Sequence record: PP400779 | DNA: 64,000 bases | DNA from: Escherichia phage JM17 | Strand: one strand, 5' to 3' | Shown here: one piece after another, positions 45,881 through 56,067 of the stretch | How positions within the stretch are numbered: the first letter of the stretch is position 1 | Layout of the letters: the number at the start of each line of letters is the position of its first letter | Translations under genes and position numbers: made by a program | The notes under the pieces: generated by a model | The model's input: the letters and a program-made list of their open reading frames with translations, nothing else | Told to the model about the DNA's origin: nothing | Databases searched by the model: none

Positions 45881-46144
45881 ATGAAATTTAAATTTTTCTA
45901 CGCAAAACATAAAGTAACAGGCGAATTTGTTTCAATGTACAACACCGCAGATGACGAAGGGATGATTTATACCCATTTGGGACTATCTCATTGGGACTCA
46001 GACGTGCCTTATATGTCATCTGAAGCCGAAATAACTCGTTTAGTTAATGGACATATGAACGACCATTTTGGTGTTATTCTTTCTAAAGACCTTAAAGAGG
46101 TTATCAACAAAGGATATATGGAACTCGCGGAAGTTGAGATATGA
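45881..46144 (+). CDS. hypothetical protein (87 aa)
   Basis: ORF with aagaggataacatc RBS after promoter cassette. Confidence 0.35.
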   Translation: MKFKFFYAKHKVTGEFVSMYNTADDEGMIYTHLGLSHWDSDVPYMSSEAEITRLVNGHMNDHFGVILSKDLKEVINKGYMELAEVEI

Positions 46145-46336
46145 GCTCTAAAATGTGGATAGGAATATGGTTGCTTAGTATCCCAATGATTTGTATAATA
46201 TTTTCAATTGTGATGAGGTACTTATGAAAAATGCACTTCTTATTGTACTAAGAACAATTTGTGATGCGTGGTTTTACATCGCATGTTCGTTCACTGGAAC
46301 ATGGTTGGCTTTAACATATTTTAATGTAATTTAATT

Positions 46337-46372
46337 GTTTACATCACGGTAGGATTATGGTATAGTAGTCCT
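46337..46372 (+). promoter_or_regulatory. promoter/stem-loop cassette
   Basis: gtttac 46337-46342, spacer 18, tatagt 46361-46366; tatagtagtcct module. Confidence 0.45.
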
Positions 46373-46394
46373 ACTGAAACATGAGGAACACAAA

Positions 46395-46595
46395 ATGGCT
46401 AAGCTTTTTAAAGATGTTGAAATTGGTGAAAAATTTGTTCTGAATAACGGTCAGCAGCTTATTCGTGTAGCTTCTATCGCCGGACAAACTCATAACTGTA
46501 TCGCCCCAACGTGTTGGACTCGATTCTTTATTGAAGATGACACTGAATGTTTAACTGTTGAAGAGCTTTTTGAACGTTCTGATATGGCCGAATAA
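46395..46595 (+). CDS. hypothetical protein (66 aa)
   Basis: ORF downstream of promoter cassette. Confidence 0.35.
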   Translation: MAKLFKDVEIGEKFVLNNGQQLIRVASIAGQTHNCIAPTCWTRFFIEDDTECLTVEELFERSDMAE

Positions 46596-46597
46596 AA

Positions 46598-46635
46598 TTG
46601 TACAAACTCTTGAGAGCAGAGTATAATGCTCTCAT
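46598..46635 (+). promoter_or_regulatory. early-type promoter with palindromic -10 (duplicate of 1139-1177 element)
   Basis: ttgtac -35, tataat 46622-46627; 34-nt identity with 1144-1177. Confidence 0.45.
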
Positions 46636-46671
46636 GGATTACAAAAACATTAATCAATTGAGGAAATTAGC

Positions 46672-47118
46672 ATGTCCAAATATTTAACTCGTAAAGACCT
46701 TCTGGCAGTTGGCGGTGAAGTTGTTGCAGTAGTTCGTAATGGCGAATACGGTTCTGAAGTTTCTAAAGAGTTTCGTTCTCGTGAAGGTTTTTACTTCTTC
46801 GTTAAAGGTTCATCTGATTGGCGACAAGTAGCAGCACGATTCTTTGTAGGACGTCAACGTTCTAAACAAGGGTTGGATGCAATTCTTTCTCACATTCGTC
46901 AAGGCCGTTCACAACTAGCCCGTACCATGGGCACTAACAATATTGAATATGATGTAATCTTTGTTGCAGCTAAGAACATGAAACCACTGACCACTGGTTA
47001 TGGTAAAGGTCAATTGGCTCTGGCATTCACTCGCAACCATACATCAGAATATCAAACACTCACTGAAATGAACCGTCTTCTGGCAGATAATTTCAAATTC
47101 ATTCTGCAGAGTTACTAA
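46672..47118 (+). CDS. ndd: Ndd-like protein (nucleoid disruption), tentative
   Basis: 148 aa; size and position between rIIB and 52; sequence recollection of T4 Ndd is weak. Confidence 0.4.
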   Translation: MSKYLTRKDLLAVGGEVVAVVRNGEYGSEVSKEFRSREGFYFFVKGSSDWRQVAARFFVGRQRSKQGLDAILSHIRQGRSQLARTMGTNNIEYDVIFVAAKNMKPLTTGYGKGQLALAFTRNHTSEYQTLTEMNRLLADNFKFILQSY

Positions 47119-47170
47119 TTTATACAGGCCTATTAAGTTGGGCCTTTAATTTATTTTTGAGGTAATTAAA

Positions 47171-47317
47171 ATGGTAGCATGGATTATTGCATTGCTGTGT
47201 TGGTCGTTTTTATTCGTTAACACTTTAGTTACAGGCGAAACAACAGTATTTCAACAGGCCGTATCACAAGGTACCTTAGCGGTCTTAGCTCTTCTTAACG
47301 TGTTAAAAGGCGAGTAA
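47171..47317 (+). CDS. small hydrophobic protein (48 aa)
   Basis: gaggt RBS then ATG 47171; below ORF-track cutoff. Confidence 0.3.
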   Translation: MVAWIIALLCWSFLFVNTLVTGETTVFQQAVSQGTLAVLALLNVLKGE

Positions 47318-47457
47318 TGATTAAGAAAATCTTAGCAGGAGCCTTCGGGCTCTTGTTGTTGCTTACGGTTCTGTACTACGGTGTGATGTTTGGACTAATC
47401 CAAGTAGTGCTTTTCATTTCAGATGTTATAATGGTTATTAGTTCATTAATATGGTGA
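47317..47457 (+). CDS. small hydrophobic protein (46 aa)
   Basis: ATG overlaps upstream stop (TAATG); single TM-like segment. Confidence 0.3.
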   Translation: MIKKILAGAFGLLLLLTVLYYGVMFGLIQVVLFISDVIMVISSLIW

Positions 47458-47461
47458 AAAT

Positions 47462-48787
47462 ATGCAATTGAATTCTCGTAATCTAAAAAGTATTATTGAT
47501 AACGAAGCCTTAGCATATGCGATGTACACCGTTGAAAACCGTGCAATCCCAAACATGATTGATGGATTTAAGCCGGTTCAACGTTTTGTGGTTCATCGTG
47601 CGTTAGATTTGGCTCGTGGTAATAAAGAAAAATTTCATAAACTTGCGTCAATTGCAGGCGGTGTTGCAGATTTAGGTTATCACCATGGTGAATCTTCTGC
47701 ACAAGATGCAGGTGCATTGATGGCTAACACATGGAACAACAACTATCCACTGTTAGATGGCCAAGGCAACTTTGGTTCTCGAACAGTCCAAAAAGCTGCA
47801 GCATCTCGTTATATTTTTGCTCGTGTAAGTAAAAATTTCTATAACGTATATAAAGATACTGAATATGCTCCAGCTCATGAAGATAAAGAACACATTCCAC
47901 CAAAATTCTATCTTCCTATTATTCCGACAGTTCTTTTGAATGGTGTCTCTGGTATTGCAACCGGTTACGCAACAAATATTCTGCCTCATAGTTTTAAATC
48001 AGTCAAAAAGGCTGTATTACAAGCTCTTCAAGGTAAAAATGTCACTAAGCCAAAAGTTGAATTCCCGGAATTCCGTGGTGAAGTACATGAAGTTGATGGG
48101 CGTTATGAGATCCACGGAACATATAAGTTCACATCTCGCACTCAAATGCAGATAACTGAAATCCCATATAAATTCGACCGTGAAACGTATGTGAGTAAGG
48201 TTCTTGACCCGTTGGAAGACAAAGGTCTAATCTCATGGGAAGATGATTGTGGTGAACACGGCTTTGGGTTTAAGGTGAAGTTCCGTAAAGAGTACTCGCT
48301 TCCTGATGATGAAGAGCTACGTCATGAAAAAATCATGAAAGATTTTAGTCTCATCGAACGTCGTTCACAAAACATCACAGTGATTAATGAAAAGGGTAAA
48401 TTAGCTGTCTACGATAACGTAGTGGACTTAATCAAAGATTTTGTTGAAGTCCGTAAGACTTACGTTCAGAAACGTATTGACAACAAAATCCTTGAATCTG
48501 AAAAAGCATTTAAACTGGCTTTTGCTAAGGCACACTTCATCAAAAAAGTTATCAACGGTGAAATTGTGATTCAGGGCAAGACTCGTAAAGCTTTGACTGA
48601 AGAGCTAGCACAAATCGAAATGTATAAAGAACATGTCGATAAACTGGTAGGTCTTAACATCTTCCATATCACTTCCGATGAAGCACGTAAACTAGCAGAA
48701 GAAGCTAAAGCTAAGAAAGAAGAAAATGAGTATTGGAAGTCTACTGATGTTGTGACAGAGTACACTAAAGACTTGGAGGCACTTTGA
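47462..48787 (+). CDS. 52: DNA topoisomerase II medium subunit gp52 (GyrA-like)
   Basis: 441 aa; MQLNSRNLKSIIDNEALAYAMYTVENRAIPNMIDGFKPVQR close to remembered T4 gp52. Confidence 0.9.
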   Translation: MQLNSRNLKSIIDNEALAYAMYTVENRAIPNMIDGFKPVQRFVVHRALDLARGNKEKFHKLASIAGGVADLGYHHGESSAQDAGALMANTWNNNYPLLDGQGNFGSRTVQKAAASRYIFARVSKNFYNVYKDTEYAPAHEDKEHIPPKFYLPIIPTVLLNGVSGIATGYATNILPHSFKSVKKAVLQALQGKNVTKPKVEFPEFRGEVHEVDGRYEIHGTYKFTSRTQMQITEIPYKFDRETYVSKVLDPLEDKGLISWEDDCGEHGFGFKVKFRKEYSLPDDEELRHEKIMKDFSLIERRSQNITVINEKGKLAVYDNVVDLIKDFVEVRKTYVQKRIDNKILESEKAFKLAFAKAHFIKKVINGEIVIQGKTRKALTEELAQIEMYKEHVDKLVGLNIFHITSDEARKLAEEAKAKKEENEYWKSTDVVTEYTKDLEAL

Positions 48788-48864
48788 GTGCCCTAGCCTT
48801 AGGATTTCTCAGTGCAATAGCTGCACTAGTGATTTGGCTGTATTGGTTGGACAAACATGATTAG

Positions 48865-48884
48865 GGAGCTTCGGCTCCTTTTTG
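48865..48884 (+). terminator. intrinsic terminator (UUCG hairpin + T-run)
   Basis: ggagc-ttcg-gctcc followed by ttttt. Confidence 0.6.
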
Positions 48885-48904
48885 TGCATTTTTCTCACAA
48901 AACA

Positions 48905-48933
48905 GTTTACACGTGCTTCAAACATGATATTAT
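48905..48933 (+). promoter_or_regulatory. early-type promoter upstream of motA
   Basis: gtttac 48905-48910, 17-nt spacer, tattat. Confidence 0.5.
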
Positions 48934-48972
48934 AAACCTATCAAAACAAAACAACCGAATTGGAGAAATAAA

Positions 48973-49605
48973 ATGTCTAAAGTTACTTACATCATCAAAG
49001 CTTCTGAAAACGCTCTGAATGAAAAAACTGCTGCAATAATGGTTTATATCATTAAGAACAACTTCACCACTGTTGCCAATGTCCGTGAAGCTCTGGAAGC
49101 AGAATACAGTGCATCAGTTGTTAACTCTAACATTGGTGTATTGATTAAGAAAGGTTTAGTCGAAAAATCTGGTGATGGACTTATAGCAACAGGCGAAGCA
49201 ATGGATATTATCCAAAAAGCTGCAGACCTCTTTGCCCAAGAAAATGCTCCAGAACTTCTTCAGAAACGTAACACCAGAAAAGCACGTGGAGTTACTCCTG
49301 AAATGCATGAATTAGCAAACTTTGTTTTTGAAAATATTAAAGATAAAGTTGAAGTTAAAGAAATTGGTGAAAACCGTAGTAACTTAGAAGTTCGATTTGC
49401 AAAACGAGTTCTAGGTATTCGTCAGATCGAAATTCGTCGAGATGGCGCTCTTAGAATCTTTGCATACAACATGTCAGAAACTGAATCAAAGCTGTTTACT
49501 TCTCTTGAAAATGATGTTAAGATTAAAATCGGTGGTAAATATACTTACATTGACTTCCCTAATGTGTCCAAAGAAATCATTACCCTTGTAACTAATGTAC
49601 TGTGA
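48973..49605 (+). CDS. motA: middle-transcription activator MotA
   Basis: 210 aa; MSKVTYIIKAS...VNSNIGVLIKKGLVEKSGDGLI..GEA close to remembered T4 MotA. Confidence 0.85.
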   Translation: MSKVTYIIKASENALNEKTAAIMVYIIKNNFTTVANVREALEAEYSASVVNSNIGVLIKKGLVEKSGDGLIATGEAMDIIQKAADLFAQENAPELLQKRNTRKARGVTPEMHELANFVFENIKDKVEVKEIGENRSNLEVRFAKRVLGIRQIEIRRDGALRIFAYNMSETESKLFTSLENDVKIKIGGKYTYIDFPNVSKEIITLVTNVL

Positions 49606-49615
49606 GGAATACATA

Positions 49616-49960
49616 ATGAATAAGCTGAATATTATTAACGAACTTCGTAAATGTGCAGAACCTACTCAGGAAGGATGGGATATTTGGTACCATGGAGCTT
49701 ATCTTGGAACTATCGTTAAAGTTAGAGCTGGGTTATATTTAATTATTCGCGAAAATTCTGAATTCCATAATGGAGTAGCTCCTGGTGGTATACGTAAAAA
49801 CTTTATGGCAGCGATCAGTTCATTTGTTGATGCAGCTTACGAAATCTATAAAGAAGATTATAAAGAATATCAGCAGTCACAACCGGTTATTCGTTCAATT
49901 GGTGTTAACAAAGCTCAGCAGAAAACTTTGTGGCAACGTATTAAAGGATGGTTTAAATGA
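49616..49960 (+). CDS. hypothetical protein (114 aa)
   Basis: ATG 49616 with gagga RBS 8 nt upstream. Confidence 0.4.
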   Translation: MNKLNIINELRKCAEPTQEGWDIWYHGAYLGTIVKVRAGLYLIIRENSEFHNGVAPGGIRKNFMAAISSFVDAAYEIYKEDYKEYQQSQPVIRSIGVNKAQQKTLWQRIKGWFK

Positions 49961-50418
49961 AAACTTTTAAAGAACGTTTAGCTCTGTTAGATAAAGCTTT
50001 GTCGCGTGAGACTCCGGAAAGTCTGGCTGCTAAATTAGCTTCTTACGGTGGTGAATATACAGAACAAAATGTTTTAGATGAAGTTCCTGAAATCTGTTGG
50101 CAGACTCTGTATTGGGATGAAAACCAAAAGTATCAACGACGAATTGTCTGCGCAGCCAACCGTTTTAAATTAAAAGATGGACGAACTCTTATTATTCCAG
50201 GTGCTCGTCATTATTCTAAAGATATGGCAGAAGTTTTAGATGTAGTTAAACCTCAATTAGTTACTCAACAAGTTTGTGATGATGACCAAGGGTTTATTGA
50301 CCAATATAGTAATTATTGGACACGTGAAGAAGCAATGATTATTGCAACTTACGCTGGACAAGTACGTATTGAACGTGGTGGTAATGAAAAAGAACTTTAC
50401 TCTGAGGACCTTTACTAA
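49957..50418 (+). CDS. hypothetical protein (153 aa)
   Basis: ORF overlapping upstream stop. Confidence 0.4.
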   Translation: MKTFKERLALLDKALSRETPESLAAKLASYGGEYTEQNVLDEVPEICWQTLYWDENQKYQRRIVCAANRFKLKDGRTLIIPGARHYSKDMAEVLDVVKPQLVTQQVCDDDQGFIDQYSNYWTREEAMIIATYAGQVRIERGGNEKELYSEDLY

Positions 50419-50699
50419 TGAATCTTAAACAACTCCAGATTGATGCTATTGAATCACGTATCCAAGATATCAAACGCCTTAATCATATGATGGAAGAAAA
50501 CTATGGTATGTATGCTAATCAGCCTGGTTGGGATGCTTTAGACCATCCTTATTTGGTTAATTTATGTAAAGGTGATACGTTAGCAATTATTCGTGATGGG
50601 TTAAAACCTTTCTTGCGTGACATGTATATTAAAATGAACGAAGAAATTATTAGCTCGTTGCAATATCAATTAAGGAAATTAGATGATGAGAATAATTGA
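50418..50699 (+). CDS. hypothetical protein (93 aa)
   Basis: ORF overlapping upstream stop. Confidence 0.4.
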   Translation: MNLKQLQIDAIESRIQDIKRLNHMMEENYGMYANQPGWDALDHPYLVNLCKGDTLAIIRDGLKPFLRDMYIKMNEEIISSLQYQLRKLDDENN

Positions 50700-50901
50700 T
50701 TCTAAAGCAGATTATTTTAATTCTGTTAATGATAAGAATAAAGCTTTAATTCGCCACTTTATTACTGAGATGGGATATACCGACTCTAAAGATTTGAAAG
50801 AGCACATTGTCGAATGTTCTGTGGCTAAAAAGTTTTCTTTCACAGACAAATGTTTAAACGAGGTTATAAATCATTATGAACAATCTTGTAGCAAAACATG
50901 A
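50683..50901 (+). CDS. hypothetical protein (72 aa)
   Basis: ORF overlapping upstream gene end. Confidence 0.3.
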   Translation: MMRIIDSKADYFNSVNDKNKALIRHFITEMGYTDSKDLKEHIVECSVAKKFSFTDKCLNEVINHYEQSCSKT

Positions 50902-50984
50902 TTTCAATAAGGCTTCCGTCCATAAGGACAAGAAGAAATCAGAACTTCAATCTAAACGTAAACAAAAACATAAGGGTAAAGACT

Positions 50985-51284
50985 ATGCTTACTAAAATCA
51001 AAGAAAATCCTGCCACTGAACTTGTTATTCGATGTGAAGAACTTGCAGAGCTTTATCAGGTTAACCGAGAAGTGTGTCGTAGTGTTATCATAGATATGGC
51101 AGACGAAGTATGTTCTCGTATTCCTTTTAGTGTCGATTTCAATCATATGAAGCCTGGTGAAATCACCATCGTCTTTGGTTCTGACTATACTGAAGAACGG
51201 GCTCTTAATGTCCTAGAATATGAAATGTCATTCTTTGACATACAGGACTACATTGATAGTTATAAGGAACAATATGAGTCATAA
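50985..51284 (+). CDS. hypothetical protein (about 100 aa)
   Basis: ATG 50985 after aaggg RBS; alternative start at 50898. Confidence 0.35.
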   Translation: MLTKIKENPATELVIRCEELAELYQVNREVCRSVIIDMADEVCSRIPFSVDFNHMKPGEITIVFGSDYTEERALNVLEYEMSFFDIQDYIDSYKEQYES

Positions 51285-51435
51285 TCTTCAGAACGTAGTA
51301 GAGGCCGAACGTGAGCGTGAGGCTTTAATCTATAATGAACTATTGGCCTCGTTCTTAGCCTTACACTCGTACGAACAGGAAGACTACATTGATTACGTTA
51401 AAAGCGTAGAAAAAGCCGTTTACAATCAACACTGA
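51274..51435 (+). CDS. hypothetical protein (53 aa)
   Basis: ATG 51274 with taaggaacaat RBS; below ORF-track cutoff. Confidence 0.3.
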   Translation: MSHNLQNVVEAEREREALIYNELLASFLALHSYEQEDYIDYVKSVEKAVYNQH

Positions 51436-51481
51436 TAATGGTACTATACTCCTATCAATTAAGTGGAATGAATAAAACGTT

Positions 51482-51754
51482 ATGAATAAAGACATTGAAA
51501 TCGTACGTGAAATTATTACTATTGCTTCTATTTTGATTAAATTCTCGAGGGAAGATATTGTTGAAGACAGAGCAAGTTTCATCGGATTCTTGAATGAGAT
51601 TGGAATTAAAAAAGATGGTCGGCAGCTAAATCAGAATTCGTTCAGAAAACTAATTACAAATTTAACTGCCGAAGAAAAGAAAACACTGATTAGTGAATTC
51701 AATGAAGGTTTTGAAAATATTTATCGTCATTTAGCGATGTATTCTAACAACTAA
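51482..51754 (+). CDS. asiA: anti-sigma-70 factor AsiA
   Basis: 90 aa; MNKDIEIVREIITIASILIKFSREDIVE...NQNSFRK closely matches remembered T4 AsiA. Confidence 0.9.
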   Translation: MNKDIEIVREIITIASILIKFSREDIVEDRASFIGFLNEIGIKKDGRQLNQNSFRKLITNLTAEEKKTLISEFNEGFENIYRHLAMYSNN

Positions 51755-52414
51755 TTATTTAGCCCTTCCTAGTATTCGGATCGCTTGGTTGCATATAGCC
51801 GCTAAGCGATCTTCCTCAAGTATATTATTCCCCTTATACCAATACATCGTCACAGTTCCAGCATAGATGTTATCCAAATTAAAATATGGACAACTATACA
51901 TATAAGAAAGTTCGGCAGTCTTAGATTTTGTAGGCAAAAATGCAAATTCTGTTTTAGATGAGAAATGACGGCCACTTAAATGAATTATATATTCATTAGC
52001 CGTTTTATCCACTGGGAATCCGCCAAGGGACTTTTCAGAAATTGTGCTAGGTAGTTTGCCTTCATAAGCTATAAGGTCGACAAAATAATTTAAGTTTTTA
52101 GGTCTGAAAGAATACACAGCACTAAAATCTGCACCAGATGAGATATGAACTATTTGCAGTTGTTCTAGAGCCGCAGATTCAAAACGTAAAGCTCGTTCTT
52201 TTTGGATTATTTCAGTATAAGTATCATACTTAGCTCTTACATAATAATCCAGCAAAATACTTCCTTTGTACCATATTAGTGCCATTAGGAACAAAAGAAT
52301 AATTACCGCTACTCGGGACATTAAAACCTTTCCAGTAGCGTTATCTTTGAAAATACGATCTAGCAACCCAAATAGAATATCACTAGGCGAAAATGATACT
52401 TTTGGTGTTGCCAT
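51755..52414 (-). CDS. t: holin T
   Basis: 219 aa; MATPKVSFSPSDILFGLLDRIFKDNATGKVL...CPYFNLDNIYAGT closely matches remembered T4 holin. Confidence 0.9.
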   Translation of the reverse strand: MATPKVSFSPSDILFGLLDRIFKDNATGKVLMSRVAVIILLFLMALIWYKGSILLDYYVRAKYDTYTEIIQKERALRFESAALEQLQIVHISSGADFSAVYSFRPKNLNYFVDLIAYEGKLPSTISEKSLGGFPVDKTANEYIIHLSGRHFSSKTEFAFLPTKSKTAELSYMYSCPYFNLDNIYAGTVTMYWYKGNNILEEDRLAAICNQAIRILGRAK

Positions 52415-52423
52415 AATACCTCC

Positions 52424-52975
52424 TTACTTAAAGATATTTATAATCGCTTTGATAATAGATTTGTTTTCAAGGTCAGGGAATTTAGGGAATTCGCCGCCAA
52501 GATGTTCATGTTTTTCTAAAAGGGCAAAGAATTTTTTGAGCTCTTTAAATTTTCGTTTTTCTTCTCTATTAGCAACCTCTGCGTCAATAAGAGAACTTAA
52601 AACACTGAATAATTTATAGAGTTCATGAATTTTCTTATCACGTTGAACTACGCGTTTATATGCTTCATCTTCCTTCCACCCGTCGTCGGTCCAAATGTCA
52701 AATTCACCAGGTTCTTCTGTAGTAACATTTTGAAGAGCACCTGGAGTGTCAATAACAATTTTTTGCTTATCATAAGTCCATACTGTTTTTCCACGATGGT
52801 CTTCAACATATACCCATTCTTTTTCGCGTTCATCAAATACAACAGCATAGCCTTCTTTAGGGTCTAAAGGTTTTTTAGATGTCGAGTGAGCCGGAAGACC
52901 GAGGCCTTTAACCGGTTTGTAATTTTCTTCTTTGTAAAATTCTTTAGTGTCAAAATAATAATGATATATTTTCAT
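52424..52975 (-). CDS. 38: gp38 (T4-type tail-fibre assembly protein)
   Basis: 183 aa, same length as T4 gp38; follows gene 37; split-SD hairpin in its initiation region. Confidence 0.7.
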   Translation of the reverse strand: MKIYHYYFDTKEFYKEENYKPVKGLGLPAHSTSKKPLDPKEGYAVVFDEREKEWVYVEDHRGKTVWTYDKQKIVIDTPGALQNVTTEEPGEFDIWTDDGWKEDEAYKRVVQRDKKIHELYKLFSVLSSLIDAEVANREEKRKFKELKKFFALLEKHEHLGGEFPKFPDLENKSIIKAIINIFK

Positions 52976-53005
52976 ATTTAGAAGGGGCCGAAGCCCCTCT
53001 CCTTA
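52976..53005 (-). promoter_or_regulatory. translation initiation region of gene 38 with UUCG hairpin between SD and AUG
   Basis: minus strand reads taaggaga-ggggc-ttcg-gcccc-ttctaaat-ATG; SD about 23 nt from AUG unless hairpin forms. Confidence 0.55.
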
Positions 53006-56000
53006 TGCTAAACGAACGATATAGTTAAAAGCAATGTTTTTAACCGTGTTTTCTGTATTACCTGTACTATTTACAGTGATAGTATGACCATGCGAGCCAA
53101 TTGCTACCGAGTGAGTATGAGCACCAATACCTACAGTATGTGTATGGGCACCAATACCTACAGTATGCGCGTGGTTACCCGTAGAGCTAGTAGTACCAGA
53201 CCAAGAGTGTGTATGGTTACCTTCTGTAGATGACTTTGCAATATATTGGCTTGAACCAGGCACGACACCGTTGCTTAGGCCAAAACCAACAACCTGGTTT
53301 CCACTAATTAGAGTAGACCCATTAGGAAATATCCCTGTTGGTTGATTATTAGGACCCCTTGGACCGGTTTGTGAGTGCTGGTGGTTACCTGCTGCACCAG
53401 TAGTACCGCTTACTGTATGGTTATGGTTACCTGTTGTATTGCTAGTCTTCGTACCATAATCAAAGCTTGAAGAGGTTTTAGTACCATAATCAAAACTTGA
53501 TGTGTTTTTAGTACCCAAATCTGTGCTTGATGCACTTGCACTATGGCTATGTGACTTAACACCATCTGCTTCTGTACTTAATACAGCACGCCCAGATGGT
53601 TTACCCTTGATAGTTTGACCACGCATATCCGGAATAGTACCAGTAGGATATGCAACAGCCAATTTTGGGTATGCAGACTTATCAAAAGTCTGTCCTTCCA
53701 TAATAGCGTAACCTTCAGGAGGTGTATCAGTAGGCCAAGGAATCGGAGCACCAATTGGGTAACTCGACACAATATCTGTCTTAAGGTTATTTATTGTGGT
53801 ATTCAAGTTAGCAAAATTACCAGTGCCGCCAGTGATGTTACCATCAGTACCGAATTGAGCATTACCAACTTTTAATGGTTTTGAAAAAAGAACATCGTCG
53901 GTTCTAAATGCAACCCCATGACCTAATGCATTACTATATAAGTTAAGTTCATCTGAACTACCACTCCCATTACCAACGAACCATTTAACCGTATTAGCTT
54001 TTTTACCCTGAATATAAACAGGGTTGGTCGATGAAACCGAGTTAATAATAAGCGCGGCGTTATTAGCGTTAATTGTGATAGCTTGCCCTGATGTTGTTCT
54101 ACTAGTTTCTACTTTAAATCTTCCACCGCCGATATCAACATCATGATCCATGGAAACTTTACCATCACTTAATGTAATATAGAACGGACGTAAATTAGAA
54201 ATACCACCTGATTCACCAGCATTCTGTGGAGTTGGAATAATATAAAGCTTATCTTCAGAACGACGGAAAATAGCCCCGTATTCAGCATTCCAAATTCTTA
54301 ATGCATCAGCTGTTCCGCCGATTTTAACTTGCCCGGTAATAGAAGAACCACCTTGGACAAACAAACCGTTAGACATAGTAACATTGCCACCAAAAGAACC
54401 TGTACCGGAGGCACTTATATTACCAAGGCCTATGATATGGCCTGTTTCGACAGTTCCGTTAAATTTAAAGTTAACCGGACCTACTGTTTCACCAGAAGCC
54501 GGGTTGGTACGTTGAGCATAAAAATAATAACCATGCCCGTCAGCTAATTCAAAAACTGTTTCACGAGTACGATCGCCAGATGCGTTAAATGAATTACCCC
54601 ACGCTTTAATAGATACATAACTTTTATTCTGACCTGCGCGAGTACCACCAGCCCACAGTATAGTTTTAGTGCCATCTGTTGTTGTAGGAGCGTCAAGTTG
54701 AATACCGTCGGGTCTAGCACCAGTAAGAACTAATCCATTATCAAATTTAATTCTTTGTATTGAAGATACTGTTCCGTCGGCATAAAACTGTACATTATTA
54801 GAACCAGTTACCAGTTTCAAAATACCCGGGTTAACTTCCATACCTTCTTGTGTATTAATGTTGGTTTGGCCTTTACCGCGGAAATAGTGGGACATTTTCC
54901 CGCCTGAGTTATAGCCAATATGCGTCTGGCCGTCTCCAGCAGTGTTTTCATCAGCTTGTGTTTGAACCGATAAAAACGCGGCGTTGGTTCCAGGCATAAT
55001 CCATGTTGTACCTTGGTCCTCGGAACGACCAAAAATCGCTTTACGGGTACTACGGAAACTATAAGGAGTAATAGATGCGACAGAATTCCCTGAACCAACT
55101 AAATCATAAACACCGGTTTTTTTGTATGATAGCCCCGTCCCGTTATCGCCTAGAGCTAAATAAACACCGAATCCTAAAGCGGCACCATTACCATAGTCGC
55201 TTGACGGGTATCCTGCAGTCACGGTCCCGATGGCTATGCTATTGCGGACGATCATTCGGCCGTCATTACGAATACCATATAATTTAAATGATGGTGTATT
55301 ACCAGTCCACCAAGAAACTTCATCAGCCTGGTCTGTTTGTGCAGTAACAATTTCATGATACATTGTACCACCGGATTTAGCTCGCACTTTACGAAGATAG
55401 TTTACACCATTCGTTTCACCGGTTCCAGGATAAACATAGTTAACCAAAGATTGTGAATCATATTGTCCAAATGATTTAGAATCATGATTAATTAAATTAA
55501 CACTAATAGTTGGTGTACTAATAGAAGTTAAAGCAGTTAATTTGCGTGCCTGGAAGATACCGCCATCAGTAGAAATGAAATGAAATTCTGAATTTTGAGC
55601 TTCCGCAGCGGTTCCTTGACGAACACGCATTGTAATTACGCCTTCATTTTCAGACTGCGGGTTTGAATATAAAACGCCACGTTCTGAGCCATTTGTATTT
55701 TCAAACCAAAGATGGGCCTTTGCAGTATCATTTATTGCTCTTGTATAAAATGAACCGGATGTTGATCTGAATACTGTAGCAGAAACAATATTACTTGCCG
55801 TAATAGTACCACTTGTAGAAAAATTTCCAAAGTTGTTTATTGGTCCATTGACGCGTAAAGTTCCATCAATAGTTACATTTCCATCAATTTGACCGCCTTT
55901 AGCAATACCTAGATCAATGATATTTCCTGTATCATCTTTAGTAAAAATTGTTCTATCTTTTAAGTTTATAGCCAATTCACCTTCGGCTAATACTGAAGCA

Positions 56001-56059
56001 GCAGGACGTGCACCTGCGGTTTTGCTTCTTTTAAATTGTATTTGTTTTAAAGTAGCCAT
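53003..56059 (-). CDS. 37: distal long tail fibre subunit gp37 (receptor-binding)
   Basis: 1018 aa; Gly/Ser/Thr-rich beta composition; C-terminal His-box repeats (GAHTHT); synteny 34-35-36-37-38. Confidence 0.85.
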   Translation of the reverse strand: MATLKQIQFKRSKTAGARPAASVLAEGELAINLKDRTIFTKDDTGNIIDLGIAKGGQIDGNVTIDGTLRVNGPINNFGNFSTSGTITASNIVSATVFRSTSGSFYTRAINDTAKAHLWFENTNGSERGVLYSNPQSENEGVITMRVRQGTAAEAQNSEFHFISTDGGIFQARKLTALTSISTPTISVNLINHDSKSFGQYDSQSLVNYVYPGTGETNGVNYLRKVRAKSGGTMYHEIVTAQTDQADEVSWWTGNTPSFKLYGIRNDGRMIVRNSIAIGTVTAGYPSSDYGNGAALGFGVYLALGDNGTGLSYKKTGVYDLVGSGNSVASITPYSFRSTRKAIFGRSEDQGTTWIMPGTNAAFLSVQTQADENTAGDGQTHIGYNSGGKMSHYFRGKGQTNINTQEGMEVNPGILKLVTGSNNVQFYADGTVSSIQRIKFDNGLVLTGARPDGIQLDAPTTTDGTKTILWAGGTRAGQNKSYVSIKAWGNSFNASGDRTRETVFELADGHGYYFYAQRTNPASGETVGPVNFKFNGTVETGHIIGLGNISASGTGSFGGNVTMSNGLFVQGGSSITGQVKIGGTADALRIWNAEYGAIFRRSEDKLYIIPTPQNAGESGGISNLRPFYITLSDGKVSMDHDVDIGGGRFKVETSRTTSGQAITINANNAALIINSVSSTNPVYIQGKKANTVKWFVGNGSGSSDELNLYSNALGHGVAFRTDDVLFSKPLKVGNAQFGTDGNITGGTGNFANLNTTINNLKTDIVSSYPIGAPIPWPTDTPPEGYAIMEGQTFDKSAYPKLAVAYPTGTIPDMRGQTIKGKPSGRAVLSTEADGVKSHSHSASASSTDLGTKNTSSFDYGTKTSSSFDYGTKTSNTTGNHNHTVSGTTGAAGNHQHSQTGPRGPNNQPTGIFPNGSTLISGNQVVGFGLSNGVVPGSSQYIAKSSTEGNHTHSWSGTTSSTGNHAHTVGIGAHTHTVGIGAHTHSVAIGSHGHTITVNSTGNTENTVKNIAFNYIVRLA
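53093..53174 (-). repeat. tandem 27-nt repeats encoding His-box units near the gp37 C-terminus
   Basis: units gcaccaatacctacagtatgtgtatgg / gcaccaatacctacagtatgcgcgtgg plus a degenerate copy; encode VGIGAHTHT-type repeats. Confidence 0.7.
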
Positions 56060-56067
56060 AAGTCCTC

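Noticed and set aside
1139-46635. Recurring 30-40 bp near-identical elements that could be mistaken for CRISPR repeats or terminal repeats
   Set aside because: They are irregularly spaced, each contains -35/-10 promoter hexamers, and they sit upstream of ORFs; no regular repeat-spacer architecture exists, so no CRISPR array is called.
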